In this document: positions 8,842 to 19,907 of the stretch, one piece after another
Layout: every line of letters begins with the position of its first letter
How positions within the stretch are numbered: the stretch's first letter is position 1
NCBI GenBank assembly: GCA_965248925.1
Contig: CBDFLE010000006.1
Location: 64,001 to 128,000, forward strand
From: Candidatus Multivoradales bacterium
Lineage (GTDB): Bacteria; Acidobacteriota; Thermoanaerobaculia; Multivoradales; J023
DNA: 64,000 nucleotides
Direction of reading: 5' to 3'
Program-made: the position numbers and the translations under genes
Notes under the pieces: model-generated
Told to the model about the DNA's origin: nothing
What the model saw: the letters and a program-made list of their open reading frames with translations, nothing else
Database searches by the model: none

Positions 8842-10779
8842 GTGAACGGCAGGATCGCCATCGCAACTTGGCGCCGCTGGACCGGCCCAGCGGCAATCCT
8901 GGCTGCCACGACACTGATGCTGTGGCGTAGTTGGCTGAAGTGGCCCGACCTTTTCGTCGATTACGGCCAGCAGCTCTACGTCGCTTGGAGGCTTGCCGAA
9001 GGTGAGGTTCTCTACCGCGACATCGCTTACTTCCATGGCCCCTTGTCGTCGTACTTACACGCGGGGGTGATGCGGCTTTGGGGCACCAGCCTACTTTCGT
9101 TGGTGGTGTTCAATCTCTTGCTGCTCGGCGTTCTGCTGTGGCTGCTTTACCACTTGTTGAGCGATCTCGGCAGCCGCTTCTCGGCCACGGCCAGCTGCCT
9201 GCTGTTCGTCGGCATCTTCGCCTTCGGCCAATACCTGCGCATCGGCAACTACAATTACATCTGCCCCTACACTTACGAAATCACCCACGGCGTGATCCTC
9301 GCCCTGGCAGCCATCTTCTGCTTCGAGCGCCACCGGCGGCAGACCTCGAAGGGTCAGTTGGTGCTAGCAGGAGTGCTCCTCGGCCTGGTTTTCCTAACCA
9401 AAGTCGAGATTTTTGTCGCCGCCGCGGTGGCTCTATTCGGCGGCACCATGGCATTGGGTTGGCAGGATCGACTTGGAATGAGACAAGCGCTGCGCAGGCT
9501 AGCGGTGCTGGGTGGCGCAGCGCTCCTCGCACCGCTGGCGGCCTGGCTCTTGCTCTGTCTGGCCATGCCTCCAGCAGCGGCCCTTGAGGCGGTGACTCGG
9601 GCCTATTCAGCGGCGCTCACCTCGCCGGCTGGCGAACTCGCCTTCTATCGCTCGCGAATGGGATTGGACGCACCGGCCAGCAATCTTTGGCGCCTGGTTG
9701 TGACCTCCTCATGGCAACTGGCTGCTCTGGGGCCGGCAGCGATTGCCGCTTTTGTCTGGCAACGGCTTCCCAAGCTCCGTTGGGCGGCCGCAACCTTGGC
9801 GGCGCTGCCGGTGCTCTATCTTGCCTGGCAGCTGCCCAGCGCCGGCTGGTTCCATGCAGCAAGGCCCTTGCCGGTGTGGGTAATGGCGGTGATCGGCGCC
9901 TGCGGCATCCAGCTGCTCCGTCGACCAGCCGGCAGCGGTAACGGCCCATCTGACAACCTGGCACCCGGCAACGCTGTGCGCCCAACCCCTGGTCCAAGGG
10001 CCATCGGTATTCTGCCTTTGGCCCTGTTCGCCCTCGCTCTACTACTGAAAATCGTCCTCAACAGCCGGGTCTACCACTATGGGTTCGTGCTGGCCATGCC
10101 CGCAACCCTCTTGCTGGTGGTGGTTTGGTTGGAGTGGTTGCCACGCTGGATCACTCATCGCGGCGGCCAGGGCCGAGTGTTCCGGGTCAGCGCGACGGCG
10201 ATCCTACTCTTGGCGACCAGCGCCCATGTGCTGCGCAGCGAGCGCTACTTGGCCGCCAAGACCTACTTGGTAGCCGCAGGCGGCGATGCCTTCTGGAGCG
10301 ATTCGCGAGGCGCGGCAATCGAAGGCTTGCTAGCCACCTTGGCCAGCCACCGTCAGCCCGGCCAGACGCTGGCCGTTTTTCCCGACGGAATCCTGCTCAA
10401 CTATCTCTTGCGAGCCCCTTCCAGCCTGCCCTATCTGAACTACGTCCCCACCGAGGTGCTGGCCTACGGCGAAGAGCGGATCTTGGCGGATCTGCAACAA
10501 CAACCACCAGATTGGGTGGTGCTGGTGGAGGCCGACACCAGCATTTTCGGCTATCGCTACTTCGGCCAGGACTACGGGGTCGAGCTACGCCGCTTCATCG
10601 ACCGCGACTACCGGCCGGTAGGCACCTGGGGCGCGGTACCGCTGACCGGCTCGGGCTTTGGGGTCCAGCTGTGGCGGAAGCGCTCCGCGCAGCCATCCTC
10701 GTCCCAGCCGAGGTATGATTGGCACCGGCAGCGACAGCAGGCCGCCCGCCACCGGGCCAGCGCCCAGCGGCTTCACTAG
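8842..10779 (+). CDS. Polytopic GT-C fold (ArnT/GT39-like) membrane glycosyltransferase
   Basis: Many TM helices, DYGQQLY..W....G..LYRD...FHGP acceptor loop, periplasmic C-terminal domain; GTG start right after aat stop. Confidence 0.75.
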   Translation: MNGRIAIATWRRWTGPAAILAATTLMLWRSWLKWPDLFVDYGQQLYVAWRLAEGEVLYRDIAYFHGPLSSYLHAGVMRLWGTSLLSLVVFNLLLLGVLLWLLYHLLSDLGSRFSATASCLLFVGIFAFGQYLRIGNYNYICPYTYEITHGVILALAAIFCFERHRRQTSKGQLVLAGVLLGLVFLTKVEIFVAAAVALFGGTMALGWQDRLGMRQALRRLAVLGGAALLAPLAAWLLLCLAMPPAAALEAVTRAYSAALTSPAGELAFYRSRMGLDAPASNLWRLVVTSSWQLAALGPAAIAAFVWQRLPKLRWAAATLAALPVLYLAWQLPSAGWFHAARPLPVWVMAVIGACGIQLLRRPAGSGNGPSDNLAPGNAVRPTPGPRAIGILPLALFALALLLKIVLNSRVYHYGFVLAMPATLLLVVVWLEWLPRWITHRGGQGRVFRVSATAILLLATSAHVLRSERYLAAKTYLVAAGGDAFWSDSRGAAIEGLLATLASHRQPGQTLAVFPDGILLNYLLRAPSSLPYLNYVPTEVLAYGEERILADLQQQPPDWVVLVEADTSIFGYRYFGQDYGVELRRFIDRDYRPVGTWGAVPLTGSGFGVQLWRKRSAQPSSSQPRYDWHRQRQQAARHRASAQRLH

Positions 10780-10795
10780 AGAGACCCCTAAGAAG

Positions 10796-12607
<1,812 letters not shown>

Positions 12608-12633
12608 GCCATGGCAGGGTCAGGCACTGATCT

Positions 12634-13038
12634 TCAAGGAACAATTTCAAACACCTCAACCCCCTCCGGCCGGTAGACGCTAAAGCCACGCCGGTCGAGG
12701 GTGAAAACGCGCTTCAACCGGTCCCGCTCGGCTACTCTGACCAGTGCCGCATCGGCTAGGTCCATAGGTAGATCTCGGTACTTGCTCATCAATTCCCGCA
12801 TGCGGGGAAAGTCCGTCGCGTCAAGCGGCGAGAGCACGACAACACCGCGACTGAGTAAGTTCCACAGTGCTTCCTGCCCACGCCAGTCGAATCCGAGTAG
12901 ATACATGGCTTTCGTGACCGCCGGCCAGACGGTCAGCATCGGTTCTTTCAAAGACTCGAACAGTACGCGGCAGGAGTGATGCTGAGAATCGTCAGCGTGC
13001 AGCAAGGCCACTAATGGCCCCGCATCCACCAAGATCAA
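12634..13038 (-). CDS. vapC: PIN-domain VapC toxin (possibly inactivated)
   Basis: ILVDAGPLVA, PMDLADAALV, VFTLD; overlaps the upstream antitoxin stop by 4 nt. Confidence 0.9.
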   Translation of the reverse strand: MILVDAGPLVALLHADDSQHHSCRVLFESLKEPMLTVWPAVTKAMYLLGFDWRGQEALWNLLSRGVVVLSPLDATDFPRMRELMSKYRDLPMDLADAALVRVAERDRLKRVFTLDRRGFSVYRPEGVEVFEIVP

Positions 13039-13283
13039 CGTCGCCGCTCCAGTAGCTCGCGGAACTTGCGACCGGTCTCCTGAGACAGATCCGGCGGGCC
13101 GCCGCTGACGCAGCCGATAAGATCACGCGCCAATTCCGCCGGATTCGCCGTGGTCAAGGCGCGCCGTTCGGCCATCTCTTGGATCGCCAAGCGTACAACC
13201 TCGGATTTGGGCCGCTGAACTACGCGGACCAAGAGATTCAACGCTTCTTCAGTTCTTCGGTCAAGTCTTACACTGGTAGGCAT
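13035..13283 (-). CDS. vapB: Ribbon-helix-helix (CopG-like) antitoxin
   Basis: MPTSVRLD..TE..L..L......KSEVVR.AI RHH signature; C-terminal LIGCVSGGPPDLS; GGGAG RBS; coupled to PIN gene. Confidence 0.85.
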   Translation of the reverse strand: MPTSVRLDRRTEEALNLLVRVVQRPKSEVVRLAIQEMAERRALTTANPAELARDLIGCVSGGPPDLSQETGRKFRELLERRR

Positions 13284-13294
13284 TCGGGACTCCC

Positions 13295-13315
13295 TGTAGG
13301 ACAAACCGTACTACA
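13295..13315. promoter_or_regulatory. Palindromic operator upstream of vapBC
   Basis: TGTAGGAC-AAACC-GTACTACA (7/8 inverted repeat) just upstream of the antitoxin RBS, typical of TA autoregulation. Confidence 0.55.
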
Positions 13316-13352
13316 TCTCGACATCTCGATGCAATTGCCCAATCGAGCAGTA

Positions 13353-14675
13353 CTACCCTGTCACCAGATCCACTGCCAAGGCATCGAGCGCCCGCTGTAG
13401 GGGGAAGAAGAAAGAGGTCTCGCCGCTGCCGGCGAAGGCCATGGCGATGGCGTAGCCGTCGGCGGCGATCAGCAAGGCGCCACAATCGCCAGGCTCGAGC
13501 ATCGGCGTAGTCTCGATCAAGTCGCCGAAGACAATCGGCACGGTGTTGCCATCGCCGGTGCCGCGCAATGGCCCACCGACGCAGCAGACCGGTAGCGGTA
13601 GCTCGATCTGGGCATCGATCTGCAACACCTCTCCGTGGACCGCGCCGCTGGTCCGGCCGACCATCGACACGGCTTCGCCGTCGACCGCAGGGCGGACTCC
13701 GCGCGGCACCCCGAGCCCGGAAATCTTGGCGCTGACATCAGTCACTTTGCGAACCGCTGCGATCAACGCAATCAGGTTGCTGGCAGCTCTGGCCGGCTGA
13801 TCGTGAGCGACGATGAAACGGCTGACTTTGGCCACGATATCGGCACGGGTGCCGCCATCAGGCCGGGCGGGCTGGATGACCGCGTCACCGGGGTTGGGAA
13901 GGGTGCCGCCGGCACAGAATGGGGTCAGGTCGGAGAGGATGGCGAGGGCCTTCGGATTACCCCGGTCGGTCACCAATGCGCCGAAGGTGGTGGCGCCGCC
14001 GCGGTAGTGGCCCAAGCTAGCGCCAGGCGACGCGGGCCGCACCCGTACCTGGAAAGGTGAGGCGGGCTGCGTCGCGGCAGGCGGTGAATCCGAGACCGGG
14101 TCAAGCAGAGCGGTAGAAACCGCCGCTGCCGGCACTCCCTCCGCAAGCTCGATCAACTTGGCATAGCCACTCTCGCGCAGCTCCAGCGGGCTGAGCACGA
14201 TCATGTCGCGCAAGATGTCGACTATCCGCGCAATCATGTCGCGGATGTCATCGTAGAGATTGAGGTCCTCGCCGATGCCCTGCAAGTTGGCCAGGCCGAC
14301 CGAGCGCATTTTGACTTCGAGTTCTTTCTTCTTGTCTTCCCAATGCTTGATGTAGTCGAGCAGGTCAATCGCGTCGTAGATTCGCGCATCACTCAACACT
14401 AATAGGAAAATTCGCTGCTTGAAGTCACCGTGCGCGAATACTTGCAGCAATTCGGACATGCAGAATCTTGAACGCAGGTACTTGTCCGAGATCAGCAGCA
14501 CTACCGCTCGGCCGTGGCCAATCTTTGCCATGAACTCGCGGATGCTGTCTTTCGCTCCCAACTCCCTCTTGTCTCGTCGCAACCGGATATGGTGCGCCGC
14601 CAGGGCCTGCTCGATCTCATCGGCGACTTGCTCACTCTCGCCACCCCAGGCGTAGGACAGATAAATCTCACTCAT
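13353..14675 (-). CDS. TIR domain fused to a chymotrypsin-like (Nal1/S1-type) domain with degenerate triad
   Basis: N-term IYLSYAW..RDK..SI.EFM..IG....VVLLISDKYLRS.FCM.E; C-term RP..PG.SLGH, GD.VIQP...DGG, GRTSG, GDCG, FAGS. Confidence 0.85.
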   Translation of the reverse strand: MSEIYLSYAWGGESEQVADEIEQALAAHHIRLRRDKRELGAKDSIREFMAKIGHGRAVVLLISDKYLRSRFCMSELLQVFAHGDFKQRIFLLVLSDARIYDAIDLLDYIKHWEDKKKELEVKMRSVGLANLQGIGEDLNLYDDIRDMIARIVDILRDMIVLSPLELRESGYAKLIELAEGVPAAAVSTALLDPVSDSPPAATQPASPFQVRVRPASPGASLGHYRGGATTFGALVTDRGNPKALAILSDLTPFCAGGTLPNPGDAVIQPARPDGGTRADIVAKVSRFIVAHDQPARAASNLIALIAAVRKVTDVSAKISGLGVPRGVRPAVDGEAVSMVGRTSGAVHGEVLQIDAQIELPLPVCCVGGPLRGTGDGNTVPIVFGDLIETTPMLEPGDCGALLIAADGYAIAMAFAGSGETSFFFPLQRALDALAVDLVTG

Positions 14676-14755
14676 GCTTGAACCTCAGGTTAAGAGCATG
14701 AATTGTAACCGTTCCCCTAACCCGGCCGCTGGGAAAGAGCTAGGCTTGCCGAATC

Positions 14756-15931
14756 ATGGATGCCGAACTACTCGCAAGCGCCGAGCCCAAAACCGGCGCC
14801 GGGCTTTACCTGCACATTCCCTTCTGCTCCGCGATTTGCCCTTACTGCGATTTCGCGGTGCTGGTGGGAAACGAGCGTCGGCTGGCGGCGTTCGGCTCCT
14901 TGCTGGAGCAAGAAATTGGCCGCTGGAAGGCGACGAGTTGGAGTTTCGACACCGTCTACCTGGGTGGGGGTACGCCGTCGATCTTGCCCGCTGACACCCT
15001 CGCCGAGGTGTTTGCTCAGCTCGCCGACAACCTCACCCTCGAGGCGGATTGCCGATTCTACTTGGAAGCCAACCCGGAAGATGTCGACCGCCCACGGCTC
15101 GAGGCCTGGCAACGACTAGGAATCAGCACCTTGAGCCTCGGAGTGCAGGCTTTCGACGATCGGAATTTGGCCTTCCTCGGCCGCCGCCATGACCCTGCAC
15201 AAGCTCGGAGAGCGGTGCGCCTGGCTCTGGGATCCGACTTTGAAACCGTCTCACTGGATCTGATCTTCGGCCTACCTGGGCAAGATCTGGAGTCGTGGCG
15301 CCGGACTCTGCAAACCGCGATCGACCTCGGCCCACAGCATCTTTCTTGCTACCAGCTCGAGATCCACCAGCGCACCCCGTTTGGCCGCTTGCAACGCCGA
15401 GGTGAGCTGCGCGAAGCTCCCGAACCACGCCAGGCCGAACTTTTTCGGTTCACTCACCAACGCCTTGCCGACGCCGGCTGGCAAGGCTACGAGGTGTCGA
15501 ATTTCGCCCGCGCCCCGAAGCATCGCTCGCACCACAACAGCAAGTATTGGGACCACACCCCGTACCTCGGCCTGGGACCCTCGGCCCACTCCTTCGCTGG
15601 CCGGCGGCGTTGGTGGAATGTACGCCATATGGAAGCCTGGGCACGACAATTGCGCGACACCGGCGACCCCTTGGAGGGCTGCGAAAATCTGCGCAACGAG
15701 CAACTTGCGTTGGAGCGCCTGATGCTCGGCCTGCGCACCAGCGACGGCATCGACCTGCGACGCTTCCAACGGCGCTACGGCATCGACTTGGTGAGAACCA
15801 ACCAGCGACGCATCGACACTCTGCGCCGCGATGGCTTGCTCGCCGAAGACGCCGATTTCCTGCGCCCCACCCTCGATGGCCTAGCGGTGGCTGACGGCCT
15901 AGCGGTGAATTTTGAAGTCCGCGCCGACTAG
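14756..15931 (+). CDS. hemW: Radical SAM heme chaperone
   Basis: LYLHIPFC..ICPYCDF, YLGGGTPS, EANP, YEVSNFA, HNSKYW, YLGLGPSAHS. Confidence 0.93.
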   Translation: MDAELLASAEPKTGAGLYLHIPFCSAICPYCDFAVLVGNERRLAAFGSLLEQEIGRWKATSWSFDTVYLGGGTPSILPADTLAEVFAQLADNLTLEADCRFYLEANPEDVDRPRLEAWQRLGISTLSLGVQAFDDRNLAFLGRRHDPAQARRAVRLALGSDFETVSLDLIFGLPGQDLESWRRTLQTAIDLGPQHLSCYQLEIHQRTPFGRLQRRGELREAPEPRQAELFRFTHQRLADAGWQGYEVSNFARAPKHRSHHNSKYWDHTPYLGLGPSAHSFAGRRRWWNVRHMEAWARQLRDTGDPLEGCENLRNEQLALERLMLGLRTSDGIDLRRFQRRYGIDLVRTNQRRIDTLRRDGLLAEDADFLRPTLDGLAVADGLAVNFEVRAD

Positions 15932-15975
15932 GCGCGCCCCGCCAGCGGGCATTCTCCTGTACCGCAAACAGCAAA

Positions 15976-16003
15976 CGAGCCCGACTGTGTTCAGTCGAGC
16001 CCG
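15976..16003 (-). terminator. Intrinsic terminator after duplicated gene copy B
   Basis: Minus strand CGGGCTCGACTG-AACA-CAGTCGGGCTCG then TTTG; homologous to the hairpin at 18494. Confidence 0.65.
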
Positions 16004-16043
16004 TTGCAAAGCCAGACCAGCTTACGCCGACCTGGCAGATTCC

Positions 16044-17390
16044 CTAGTTTGCGCTGGGAATCACGCCAGTGTCGGTGATCAGCGGGTTGACATCGTCGCA
16101 AGCCGAGGTCAGCGGTAAGGCCGAGTAGCCGACCTGGAACAGGCCCAAGGCGCTGATCGTGGTCGTTACATGGCTCTGCGAGATGTTGCCATCTGAGCCG
16201 AAGTCAACATCGAAAGCGACCCCGTCGTTCGGAATGTTCAGGTTGAGGAACGTCCAACCGGACTCGTAAGGAATCGCCAGATCGCCGTCGCCGATCTTCG
16301 AGCGCTGGGTCTCAAGCGGGAAACAAGCCGGATCGAAGTCCGGATCCGGCGGCGAGATCACGCCACCACCGAAGATGAAGCATATCTCGACCGCGTTCTC
16401 TTGCTCGTCGAACGCTACGACCTCGGTCTCGTTCATTGGGTTCTACGACGGACCCGCACCAGGGCCAGAGCCGCAATTGTAGAACTGCTGAGTGTCAGAG
16501 GTGGTCGAGTCACGCCACACCAAGAGGTCTGTGCCACCGGTGAAACCAGCGTTCTCGATGTAACGAGTCGCCCAGGTGGTAGCCAACGGCTCGCGATTGT
16601 CCGAGCCGGTCAGGCCTGGATCGTAGCGACCGTAGAAGGTGTAACCCGTCGGCGTCGAGCCGGCGTTGAACTGCGGATCGGCCTCGATGGCCACCAGCGG
16701 CTCGCCAAACGAGAAGGCGTTCACCTGATCGACGATGTAGAAGTCGCCCCACAGCTGGTTGATGTCGTTGGCGATACCCACGCCACCGTCCACGAAGTAG
16801 CCGGTCTCGTTCGGGAACACCGTCGAACACTGGTTGACGTTATCGATCGTGATGTAACCGCGAGCGATGGCATCACCGTGATCCTCGCCCATGCAGCCCA
16901 GACCCAGCACGTTCTGGCCAGTGTGGCCATTCTGCAAGCGGGTCAGGTTGGCCGAGGAAACCACCGGGTTGTTGAACGGGAATACGCCCAAGCAGCCAGG
17001 GAAACTACCGTCCCACTGCGGGTTCAAGCCGTGCGGGCTGATCAAGTCGGCGCCGTCATTCTGGGCATCGGCCGTGACCGGCAGGTTGCCCTGGAAGACG
17101 TCGAACAGGTTGACCGGCACGATGTCGTAACCGCTAAGGAAAACGTCGCAGTCAATCGTCGGCTGGGTCCAATCGGTCCACAGCGTGACGTGAGCCAGCG
17201 CCGGAGCGGCTGACGCGTTGTTGATGGTGAACAGCGTGGTGGTACCCACCGCGTTGGTGTAGTCGACCTCAAAGTAAGGCAGCAGTAGGGTCGCCGCCGG
17301 CACGTTGTCAATCGTGCACAGCTCGGCGAAGGCCTGTCCGCCGAAGGCAAGGACACTAGCCACTAGTAAAACTAAAACGATCTTTTTCAT
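16044..17390 (-). pseudogene. Exported/surface protein copy B with in-frame TAG
   Basis: Same length (1347 nt) as the paralog at 18561..19907; TAG at 16443-16445 aligns with Trp TGG of the paralog and the frame continues unchanged. Confidence 0.85.
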
Positions 17391-17668
17391 ACCCGTCTAT
17401 TCTCCCAGGTTGAAAAGGTGGTTGCAGTGATTTTGGGAAGAGCCACGGGCCACGGTCACGAACTCAATTAGGTGGAGCCATCAGGTTCCCAGCCTGCGCT
17501 TGCTCTACGGGCGCTCACCTCTTCTTACGAAATTCAGCCGCGCTATAGCATGGCGAACCATGAATGACACCTCCGAGCCCCGTAGACCAGCGATGGTGAG
17601 CAGAAGACGGTGACGAGCTAGGGATCCAACAAGCCCCCGAGGGACAAGCTATACTGGCAAACCGTCAG

Positions 17669-18418
17669 TTGGAGGATGGTCCATTGAAAGTCGACCTTGA
17701 TGCAGCCGGCGGCGAGCTGCGTTTGTTACTCAGCAGCCGTGCCGCAATCGGCGAGCTTTTTCGCCGTGCCGAGGCCGAAGCCGGGCTGTTCGTCGAACTG
17801 GAGCGTGAGCTACCGCAGTTCCACCGTCTGTACCTCGAGGCTCGCGCCCGGCCAGCGATCCGCTTCCGTTGCTCGGTCGAGGTCTTGCAGGTGTTTCCCA
17901 GCGGTTCTGGTTTCGGCACCGCGCTACGCTTGGTGGAGTGGACGCCAGAACGGCAGCGCCAACTACAGCGCGCATTGGACGGCGGCGGTGAGACCGACGA
18001 GTCGGTTTCACCTGCTTTCCGCATCCGCCAGCTGAACCCGAACGAGCGTTTTCGCTTGGCTACCCGGGCAACGCGCAACGAACGCCAGATCCTACTTCGG
18101 GATACTTCCCCGCAAGTCTTGATGGGCCTGCTCTCCCACCCCAGGCTGGAGACTCAAGATGTGGTGGCGATCATCAAATCGCCTCACAGCTCCGCCGGCG
18201 TATTAAAACGAATCGCCGAGAATCGCAAGTGGATGATGCATCCGGAAGTCCGCACTGCCGTGGTCCGCAACCAAAAGACGCCAACCCCGCTGGCGATTCG
18301 CCTGCTCGATCGCCTACGCAGCGAAGATCTGCGGTGGCTGTCGAAGCTCGGTAACACTCGCGAGTCTCTGCGCCGTGCCGCGCTGCGGGTCTACCTACAG
18401 CGTACTGGCCGACGGTAG
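17669..18418 (+). CDS. Hypothetical protein (PilZ-like N-terminus, helical C-terminal domain)
   Basis: 249-aa ORF; ER.RLA.RA...ERQILLRD, L.HPRL, VRTAVVRNQKTP helical-repeat pattern; domain calls tentative. Confidence 0.7.
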   Translation: MEDGPLKVDLDAAGGELRLLLSSRAAIGELFRRAEAEAGLFVELERELPQFHRLYLEARARPAIRFRCSVEVLQVFPSGSGFGTALRLVEWTPERQRQLQRALDGGGETDESVSPAFRIRQLNPNERFRLATRATRNERQILLRDTSPQVLMGLLSHPRLETQDVVAIIKSPHSSAGVLKRIAENRKWMMHPEVRTAVVRNQKTPTPLAIRLLDRLRSEDLRWLSKLGNTRESLRRAALRVYLQRTGRR

Positions 18419-18489
18419 GCCGGCCCAGTCCTCGTCCAGCCACGCTGAAAACACCCGGTACACCAGGCGGGGTCTTTGACGCAAATAGC

Positions 18490-18523
18490 AAAAGGGCCCG
18501 ACTGCGAACAGTCGAGCCCTTTT
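18490..18523. terminator. Bidirectional intrinsic terminator
   Basis: AAAA-GGGCCCGACTG-CGAA-CAGTCGAGCCC-TTTT between convergent genes; TTCG loop on the minus strand. Confidence 0.8.
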
Positions 18524-18560
18524 CCATGTCAGACCAGCTTACGCCGACCTGGCAGATTCC

Positions 18561-19907
18561 CTAGTTTGCGCTGGGAATCACTCCAGTGTCGGTGATCAAC
18601 GGGTTGACATTCTCGCAAGCCGAGGTCAGCGGCAACGCCGAGTAGCCGACCTGGAACAGGCCAAGGGCACTGATCGTGGTCGTCACATGGCTCTGAGCCA
18701 ACGAACCGTCGGAACCGAAGTCGACGTCGAAGGCGACGCCAATGTCGTCGATGTTCAAGTTCAAGAACATCCAACCCGACTCATACGGAAGGGCCAGGTT
18801 GCCGTCGCCTACCGTCGCCCGCTGGGTCTCCAGCGGGAAGCACGGCGGATCCACGTCCGGGTCCGGAGGCGAAATCACTCCGCCACCCAGGTCGAAGCAG
18901 ATCTCCACTGCGTTCTCCTGCTCGTCGAACGCCACAACCTCGGTCTCGTTCAGCGGGTTCCACGACGGGCCAGCACCAGGGCCAGAGCCACAGGCGTAGA
19001 ACTGCTGGGTGTCAGAGGTCGTCGAGTCACGCCACACCAAGAGGTCGGTACCACCGGTGAAACCAGCGTTCTCGATGTAACGAGTCGCCCAGGTGGTGGC
19101 CAACGGCTCGCGGTTATCCGAGCCGGTCAGGCCTGGATCGTAGCGACCGTAGAAGGTGTAACCGGTAGGCGTCGAGGCGGCGTTGAACTGCGGATCGGCC
19201 TCAATCGCCACCAACGGCTCACCGAAGGAGAAGGCGTTGACCTGGTCGACAATGTAGTAATCGCCCCACAGCTCGTTGATGTCGTTGGCAATGCCGACGC
19301 CGCCGTCTACGAAGTAGCCGGTCTCGTTCGGGAACACCGTCGAACACTGGTTGACGTTGTCGATCGTGATGTAACCACGAGCGATGGCGTCACTGTGATC
19401 CTCGCCCATGCAGCCCAGACCCAGCACGTCCTGGCCGGTGTGGCCATTCTGCAAACGGGTCAGGTTGGCCGAGGAAACCACCGGGTTGTTGAACGGGAAT
19501 ACGCCCAAGCAACCAGGGAAGCTACCGTCCCACTGCGGGTTCAAGCCGTGCGGGCTGATCAAGTCGGCGCCGTCGTTCTGGGCATCGGCCGTGACCGGCA
19601 GGTTGCCCTGGAAGACGTCGAACAAGTTAACCGGCACGATGTCGTAGCCAGTGAGGAAAACGTCGAAGTCGATCGTCGGCTGGGTCCAATCGGTCCACAG
19701 CGTGACGTGAGCCAGCGCCGGAGCGGCTGACGCGTTGTTGATCGTGAACAGCGTGGTGGTACCCGCCGCGTTGGTGTAGTCGACCTCGAAGTAGGGCAGC
19801 AAAAGAGTTGCGGCCGGTACATTGTCGATCGTACACAGTTCGGCGAACGCCTGCCCGCCAAGAGCGAGGAGGCTAGCCACTAGTAGGACTAGAACTATCT
19901 TTTTCAT
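18561..19907 (-). CDS. Exported/surface protein copy A (VPAATLLLPYFEVD family), 448 aa
   Basis: Signal peptide MKKIVLVLLVASLLALGGQAFA; acidic, Gly/Asn/Thr-rich, several Cys; intact ORF. Confidence 0.85.
   Translation of the reverse strand: MKKIVLVLLVASLLALGGQAFAELCTIDNVPAATLLLPYFEVDYTNAAGTTTLFTINNASAAPALAHVTLWTDWTQPTIDFDVFLTGYDIVPVNLFDVFQGNLPVTADAQNDGADLISPHGLNPQWDGSFPGCLGVFPFNNPVVSSANLTRLQNGHTGQDVLGLGCMGEDHSDAIARGYITIDNVNQCSTVFPNETGYFVDGGVGIANDINELWGDYYIVDQVNAFSFGEPLVAIEADPQFNAASTPTGYTFYGRYDPGLTGSDNREPLATTWATRYIENAGFTGGTDLLVWRDSTTSDTQQFYACGSGPGAGPSWNPLNETEVVAFDEQENAVEICFDLGGGVISPPDPDVDPPCFPLETQRATVGDGNLALPYESGWMFLNLNIDDIGVAFDVDFGSDGSLAQSHVTTTISALGLFQVGYSALPLTSACENVNPLITDTGVIPSAN

Noticed and set aside
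16401-19730. Long plus-strand ORFs (270 aa and 347 aa) opposite the duplicated genes
   Set aside because: Antisense shadows caused by strong codon bias in GC-rich DNA
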